Part shown: positions 26,846 through 32,000 of the stretch, one piece after another
Layout: the number at the start of each line of letters is the position of its first letter
Numbering within the stretch: the stretch's first letter is position 1
DNA from: Promethearchaeota archaeon
GTDB taxonomy: Archaea; Asgardarchaeota; Thorarchaeia; Thorarchaeales; Thorarchaeaceae
Reading direction: 5' to 3'
Assembly (NCBI GenBank): GCA_027031765.1
Contig: JALVPN010000040.1
Location: 113,265 to 145,264 of the forward strand
Length of the DNA: 32,000 nt
Translations under genes and position numbers: made by a program
The notes under the pieces: generated by a model
What the model was told of the DNA's origin: nothing
The model's input: only the letters and a program-made list of their open reading frames with translations
The model's database searches: none

Positions 26846-26898
26846 GGATTCGGCTTGCTCAGTGTTCCTTTTATTTGATGTGAACATAGCGCAGATGT

Positions 26899-27900
26899 AT
26901 GGACTTGCAACTCCCCCCCATAGAGGCGTTCATGCTGGTGACTCCGGAGGACTACATCTTTGAAGTCAAAGGTGTGTTACATCCACCCGGGCGAGTTGTG
27001 GCGTACCTGCGCTATGTCCCTAACGACGGTGGCCCTCGTGAAACCACTCACGGACTGCGGTACAAGAAGATATATGCCCTACGAGATAGAACAGAGTTTC
27101 TCCGCTCTCACGCCCCAGAATACCTCTGGTTCGACCCGTACTCCGGACGTGGACTACAGAGTGTGCCCATGAAGCGTATCGTGCGACTGCTCGACCCAAC
27201 ACGGGAAGTACAACAACGGCGCTCCATCAGCCCACTATACTTGGTGGCAGATGACCTCGTTGACTTCATTGCGGACGAGAGTGGTGTTCCGGGGGACTGT
27301 ATTGGGTTGACAGGATCCTTGCTTTGCGGAATCTCGACACCGACTTCTGATATTGACATTGTTGTCTATGGGGCAACTGCTGGCCAGAAGGTATATGATG
27401 CAATAGGGGCCGTCGATGGTGATACGTTGCAGAGGTATCATGGCGAGGCCTTGGATAGTCTTGCACGTTCAAGGTGGGGCGGTCTTCCGGGGCTCATCGA
27501 TATTCATCGTCACCTTGAAGCCCGAAAAAGGCTGCAAGGGTACTTTCATGGGTCTGAGTTCTTCATACGGCTCGTGAAGCTACCATGGGAGGTCGATGTG
27601 CAGTACGGTGATGTTTCATATACACCATTGGGCCGTGCGGAAATCCGTGACTGTGTGATAACAAGTAATGAGGATATGATATACACACCCTGCCTCTACG
27701 AGGTCGTGTCTAGCTCGTGGCCTGAGGTGAAAGAGATAGTCAGCTACCGTGGCCGCTTCACAGAACAGGCATCAGTTGGTGACCGTGTAACCGTACGTGG
27801 GCGCCTTGAACGAGTGTTGCACCCCAACCGTGGAGAGTACTGGCGCATTGTCGTCGGAGAAGACCCGGCAGACTATATGATTCCCGCCAGTGCTAGGTGA
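26899..27900 (+). CDS. Archaeal predicted nucleotidyltransferase (COG1665-like)
   Basis: HPPGRVVAYLRY, GLTGSLL...SDIDIVVYG (GS..DxD motif), SYRGRFTEQA..G..V.VRGRLE. Confidence 0.8.
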   Translation: MDLQLPPIEAFMLVTPEDYIFEVKGVLHPPGRVVAYLRYVPNDGGPRETTHGLRYKKIYALRDRTEFLRSHAPEYLWFDPYSGRGLQSVPMKRIVRLLDPTREVQQRRSISPLYLVADDLVDFIADESGVPGDCIGLTGSLLCGISTPTSDIDIVVYGATAGQKVYDAIGAVDGDTLQRYHGEALDSLARSRWGGLPGLIDIHRHLEARKRLQGYFHGSEFFIRLVKLPWEVDVQYGDVSYTPLGRAEIRDCVITSNEDMIYTPCLYEVVSSSWPEVKEIVSYRGRFTEQASVGDRVTVRGRLERVLHPNRGEYWRIVVGEDPADYMIPASAR

Positions 27901-27916
27901 TAATGTGCCTCCGATT

Positions 27917-28171
27917 TCACCCCAGACCGAACTGTGGGGGGTACATCACAAAGTACTGTACTACTATTGCGAGTAGAATGCCGCTCAGAACCAGTCCTTT
28001 GCCCTTGGAAGGGTTAACCTCTGTGAACCACAGGATTGCACCTACAAGTACAACTACGACAGCAGACACACGTCCGACAAAGATTAGGAACTCCCAGATT
28101 TCAGCAAAGTGCACGGCGACCAGTGTAGCAAAGTCTGTCAACGGGCTTAGACATTCGATTGGCACCGACAC
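27917..28171 (-). CDS. Small two-TM membrane protein (TrbC/VirB2 pilin-like pattern)
   Basis: Two hydrophobic helices joined by a short charged loop (TEVNPSKGKG). Confidence 0.65.
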   Translation of the reverse strand: MSVPIECLSPLTDFATLVAVHFAEIWEFLIFVGRVSAVVVVLVGAILWFTEVNPSKGKGLVLSGILLAIVVQYFVMYPPQFGLG

Positions 28172-28414
28172 TCACCTCCGTACTAGCAGGTCAATGCACC
28201 CGCTATTTCAACTAGGCACAATGGCACTGAAGGCCACGGGTCAGCCCGGCACAGGTTCACAACTCTCTCACTGCACCTACTGATTTAAGCGCCCCCTGTC
28301 CACAGCCTATCAAGGCAGTGGTTATTAAGTGCCCGTTCTAGTTCGCAAGACAATGTTTTTATCCTAACCCGGTTCAGCCCACCTGAACCCCGCAATGCAG
28401 AGATGGTGTGCCAA

Positions 28415-28726
28415 ATGACACAGAGAGCGCGAATACGCCTTTCAAGCACGAATATTGAAGACCTTGATAGTGTCTGTAATCAGATTAGACGAATAACTCG
28501 CAAGACTGGCGTACGCATGGCGGGCCCAATTCCTCTGCCAACCAGACGGATGGTCGTCCCCACGCGCAAGACACCTTGTGGACAGGGGTCGGACACGTGG
28601 GACAAGTGGGAAATGCGGATTCACAAGCGTCTTATCGATATTGATGCAGATGAACGTGCAATTCGTCAGATTATGCGAGTGCAGATTCCCGACTCCGTCT
28701 ATATCGAGATTGAGCTGACAAGCTGA
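28415..28726 (+). CDS. rps10: 30S ribosomal protein S10 (uS10)
   Basis: [40 protein letters not shown]. Confidence 0.97.
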   Translation: MTQRARIRLSSTNIEDLDSVCNQIRRITRKTGVRMAGPIPLPTRRMVVPTRKTPCGQGSDTWDKWEMRIHKRLIDIDADERAIRQIMRVQIPDSVYIEIELTS

Positions 28727-28915
28727 CGTGTCGCATGTCCAGTCTACGGCATTGTGTATCCTCCGACCACCCACACCCGCCATACTCGGCGTCAAGCCGC
28801 CAATGCGCGTCCACGACGCGTCCTCAATTGGCCCGACGATACGCACCACTCGGCCCAAGACTTATCACTGCTCCTCGCTTGACAGATACGAATCACAGCT
28901 CCGGTGACATTCATC

Positions 28916-30739
28916 ATGTGCGGTATAATCGGCGTTGTTCAGGTTCGGGGTAACGTCGCTCCATTTCTCCACCAAGCATTGAAACGTCTTGAATACCGGG
29001 GTTACGATTCGGTCGGCATCACCACTATTTCTGGGAACAAGCTGTTCGTGAAGAAGGATAAAGGCAAGATTGATGAGGTCCACAAGAAGCTCGACTTGGA
29101 CGACTTGCCAGGGAGTGTTGGTATTGGCCACACACGTTGGGCCACACACGGAGTACCATCTCTCCTGAATGCTCATCCCCACTTCGACTGTACCGGTCAA
29201 GTTGCAGTGGTTCATAACGGGGTGATTGACAACTTTCTCGAGCTCCGACAAGAGCTCGCTGAACGCGGACATGTGTTCAACTCGGAAACCGACACCGAGG
29301 TCATCCCCCACATGATTGAGGAGCACCTCCGTCAGGGTTGCAGTCTTGCAGCCGCCCTCAAGCACGTAACAACAAGGATTCATGGCACGTATGCAATTGT
29401 CGCGATGTCAACAAGCGAGCCAGACAAGATTGTGTGCACGCGCGATGGCAACCCCTTGGTCATAGGGCGCGGTATGAACGCCTCATACGTTTCCTCCGAC
29501 ATTCCGGCATTTCTCCCTATGACAAACAGGATTATCCTCCTCCTCGACGGTGAGATTGCCATCATCACTGCAACCGAGGTCACCATCGAGAAGCTTTCAG
29601 ATGGGGCGCCGGTTGTTCGAGATGTTGTAAAGATCAGCTGGACTGCTGACCAGGCACAGAAAGGTGGCTTTCCTCATTTCATGCTGAAGGAAATCCATGA
29701 GCAACCAGATGCAATACGCAATACACTCAGGCTGCGGCCTGATGTAATCCGCAGAGGTGCCGAGTTGTTATCCGACGCGGCACGCATCTTCCTATTGGCA
29801 ATGGGTACATCAGGTCATGCAGCGATGGCGGCACGCTACATGTTCTCGTCCCTTGCGAGAACTGTTCCCACATTTGAACTTGCAAGCGACTTTGCAGACA
29901 TTGTCGGGCGCACCCTGACTGACCAGGACTGCATAGTGGCAATAACACAGTCTGGCGAAACTACTGATACCATTTCTGCTGTGAAGTATGCACGGTCGTT
30001 CGGGACTCATGTCCTTGCCATTACAAATGTTGTCGGGAGCTCAATAACTCGCTTGGCTGACCACGTAGTGATTACCCAAGCCGGCCCAGAAATCGGAGTC
30101 GCAGCCACCAAGACGTTTATGGTTCAACTCACTTCGCTTGCCCAGATTGCCCTTGCGCTTGGAGAAATGAAGGGGGTTCTCGATGCGGATGTCTTGCAGG
30201 ACAAACGGAAGGCTCTTGAGGCAGTTCCGGACATTGTTTCCAACGTGATATCACTCCAAGAGGAGCGTGCGAGGAGACTGGCCGGCTTTTACTATGATGC
30301 CCCGAGTCTTCTCTTCTTGGGCCGTGGGATATCAATCGCTACTGCGAGGGAGGGGGCCCTCAAGCTCAAGGAAATTGCATACAACCACGCGGAGGCGTAT
30401 TCTGCTGGCGAGTCCAAGCACGGTCCAATTGCGCTTGTGGAGCCGGGCTATCCAGTCATCTTTGTGGCGCCGCGTGATGAAACACACAGCAAGATTGTCG
30501 GCAACGTAATGGAGATGAAGGCAAGGGGTGCCTCCATAGTTTCGGTCATCGATTCGAGTGACCAAGAGATTGCGCACCTATCGGATCATGTCTTTGCTGT
30601 TCCTAGTGGCGTTCCCGCAGAGTTCTCTGTCATGCCGTATGTTGTCCCACTACAACTGTTCAGCTACTATGTTGCTCGTAGGAAGGGCTATGACCCTGAC
30701 AAGCCAAGAAACCTTGCCAAGTCGGTTACGGTTCTCTAG
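28916..30739 (+). CDS. glmS: Glutamine--fructose-6-phosphate aminotransferase
   Basis: MCGIIG (catalytic Cys), LEYRGYDS, GHTRWATHG, HNG, SETDTEV, SQSG-like TQSGET, KHGPIAL, PRNLAKSVT; GGTGA RBS. Confidence 0.97.
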   Translation: MCGIIGVVQVRGNVAPFLHQALKRLEYRGYDSVGITTISGNKLFVKKDKGKIDEVHKKLDLDDLPGSVGIGHTRWATHGVPSLLNAHPHFDCTGQVAVVHNGVIDNFLELRQELAERGHVFNSETDTEVIPHMIEEHLRQGCSLAAALKHVTTRIHGTYAIVAMSTSEPDKIVCTRDGNPLVIGRGMNASYVSSDIPAFLPMTNRIILLLDGEIAIITATEVTIEKLSDGAPVVRDVVKISWTADQAQKGGFPHFMLKEIHEQPDAIRNTLRLRPDVIRRGAELLSDAARIFLLAMGTSGHAAMAARYMFSSLARTVPTFELASDFADIVGRTLTDQDCIVAITQSGETTDTISAVKYARSFGTHVLAITNVVGSSITRLADHVVITQAGPEIGVAATKTFMVQLTSLAQIALALGEMKGVLDADVLQDKRKALEAVPDIVSNVISLQEERARRLAGFYYDAPSLLFLGRGISIATAREGALKLKEIAYNHAEAYSAGESKHGPIALVEPGYPVIFVAPRDETHSKIVGNVMEMKARGASIVSVIDSSDQEIAHLSDHVFAVPSGVPAEFSVMPYVVPLQLFSYYVARRKGYDPDKPRNLAKSVTVL

Positions 30740-32000
30740 GCATGCTGTGTAGCCTCGACAGTATCTGTTGCGCATTCAATTCACCTCGATGTCCACGCAT
30801 CCCCCGTAGTATCGTCCCCAATGCTTCACTGTAGATTTCCTCCGGGCTCATATCCCATTGCTCCCACGTAGCAGTTGCCATTGCACCGTCATCCGCCCAC
30901 GGGATTGATTTCAAGGGTTCTTGACCAACCGCACAGAGTGTGTTGAGTCCCGCAAACTCAATCTGCCCCGCGACTTGTCGGCGACGGATTTCGGTGACTT
31001 CCTGAACCCTCCTTGGTGTTGTCGGGCCGAGCCGTCCGAGAGTGACTATGATATCCATATGTGCAATTGCTGAGAGCTCGACATGATGGCTCGTAGCCCA
31101 CCGCGTTATCAGTGCCGAAGCGGAACCACTATGACATGTCTGTAGTGTCTTCAGTCCTGCAGTGACAGCTTGGAATAGCGCTCGGCTGTGCTCTGCAGTC
31201 TGGACTTCTCCCAGTATCAGGTAGTCTGGCGACCTGTGTAATGTCTTGACTATCTCATCGCTCTTAGAGAAGCCACCCGTCGCCTCATCGACAGGAGATA
31301 CACGAAACCTTGCCTGGTGCTCTCCATCTCGGAGTCTGCTCTCAACCGCATCCTCTATGTATACCTTCCTCCACGCCTGTGGAACCACTGCGTCCAGAGC
31401 ATTCAGTAGCGTCGTCTTTCCAGTTCCAGGTGCTCCGGTAATCGTTACATTGAGTCGCAGAACTATTGCCATTGCCAGCAGGGCTGCGGTTTCTGGAATC
31501 ATCGTTCCATTTGAAACCAGATCCAACAGTGAGAACTGTCTAGCTCTTGCTCTCCGGATTTGCATCTGAAAGCCGTCTGTGGCAAGCGGAGCGGTGGAAA
31601 CCGCAAACCTAAGTGGCACTCCTGCTAGATGCAGGTCACACTTGAGTGAAGGGTTGCGCCTGTCAAGGTGGAGGTTACTCTCCGCCCGCAACAACGTCAC
31701 CAGCTTTGGAATCAGTCCACGGGCCACCGAGAACCCTGCTACGCACCTGCCAAACCTCTGGTGGTCAAGGTAGACTGGCACATCTGGACGGTCAACATAG
31801 ACTTCCTCTATGTGCTCGTCTAGGAATAACGGCATAAAAGGGCCCAGTGGGGTGCTCTCGTAGGCAACAAACTGGGCAATCTTCTCCTTGGTTTCTGGCT
31901 GCAACTGTGGTATGACGCTCTCCAGATATCGAATCACCTGCCCCCTCACTTCAGTAATACGTGCGGAAAGCCTCACACGTCGGCTGACAAGTTCAGCGGT
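30726..32000 (-). CDS. Type II/IV secretion / pilus assembly ATPase (VirB11/CpaF/FlaI family), 5'-truncated by the window edge
   Basis: Walker A GAPGTGKTT, Asp box IEDAVE, Walker B LILGEV, His-box-like QTCH. The frame stays open to base 32000. Confidence 0.85.
   Translation of the reverse strand, partial: TAELVSRRVRLSARITEVRGQVIRYLESVIPQLQPETKEKIAQFVAYESTPLGPFMPLFLDEHIEEVYVDRPDVPVYLDHQRFGRCVAGFSVARGLIPKLVTLLRAESNLHLDRRNPSLKCDLHLAGVPLRFAVSTAPLATDGFQMQIRRARARQFSLLDLVSNGTMIPETAALLAMAIVLRLNVTITGAPGTGKTTLLNALDAVVPQAWRKVYIEDAVESRLRDGEHQARFRVSPVDEATGGFSKSDEIVKTLHRSPDYLILGEVQTAEHSRALFQAVTAGLKTLQTCHSGSASALITRWATSHHVELSAIAHMDIIVTLGRLGPTTPRRVQEVTEIRRRQVAGQIEFAGLNTLCAVGQEPLKSIPWADDGAMATATWEQWDMSPEEIYSEALGTILRGMRGHRGELNAQQILSRLHSMPREP

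Noticed and set aside
31130-31200. Altered His box in the secretion ATPase (AGLKTLQTCH instead of TGH...TxH)
   Set aside because: A single-residue deviation in a truncated gene; insufficient to claim altered function.
1-32000. CRISPR array, transposase, integrase, rRNA, RNase P or SRP RNA
   Set aside because: No regularly spaced 25-40-bp repeats and no recognisable motifs for these elements were seen.

Overview
Gene-dense archaeal chromosomal segment. The gene set (gatDE, tfe, mbf1, pan, nac, iorAB, acdA, hypF) is archaeal; an Asgard/Thorarchaeia origin is my inference and was not tested. It holds about 28 CDSs, mostly housekeeping, and two divergent tRNAs, of which tRNA-Leu(UAA) carries a 30-nt BHB intron in the T-loop. 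The most striking signals are non-coding. (1) A textbook-like replication-origin module at 20.7-21.0 kb: two inverted 22-bp ORB boxes around a 72% AT core, bracketed by two copies of the palindrome GAACACGTGTTC, with no cdc6/orc1 in the window. (2) A third ORB at 25.3 kb inside an array of TTCACA / DnaA-box-like repeats, directly upstream of an uncharacterised winged-helix gene. (3) A 9-bp-periodic TAATAC-type motif recurring in intergenic DNA. (4) A coupled ExeA-like AAA+ ATPase / ribbon-helix-helix gene pair resembling a non-ParA partition or regulatory module. Also present: a SufS-like protein lacking the PLP lysine, and an LKR+SDH gene pair collinear with eukaryotic AASS. All protein calls come from recognised motifs; no database search was run.
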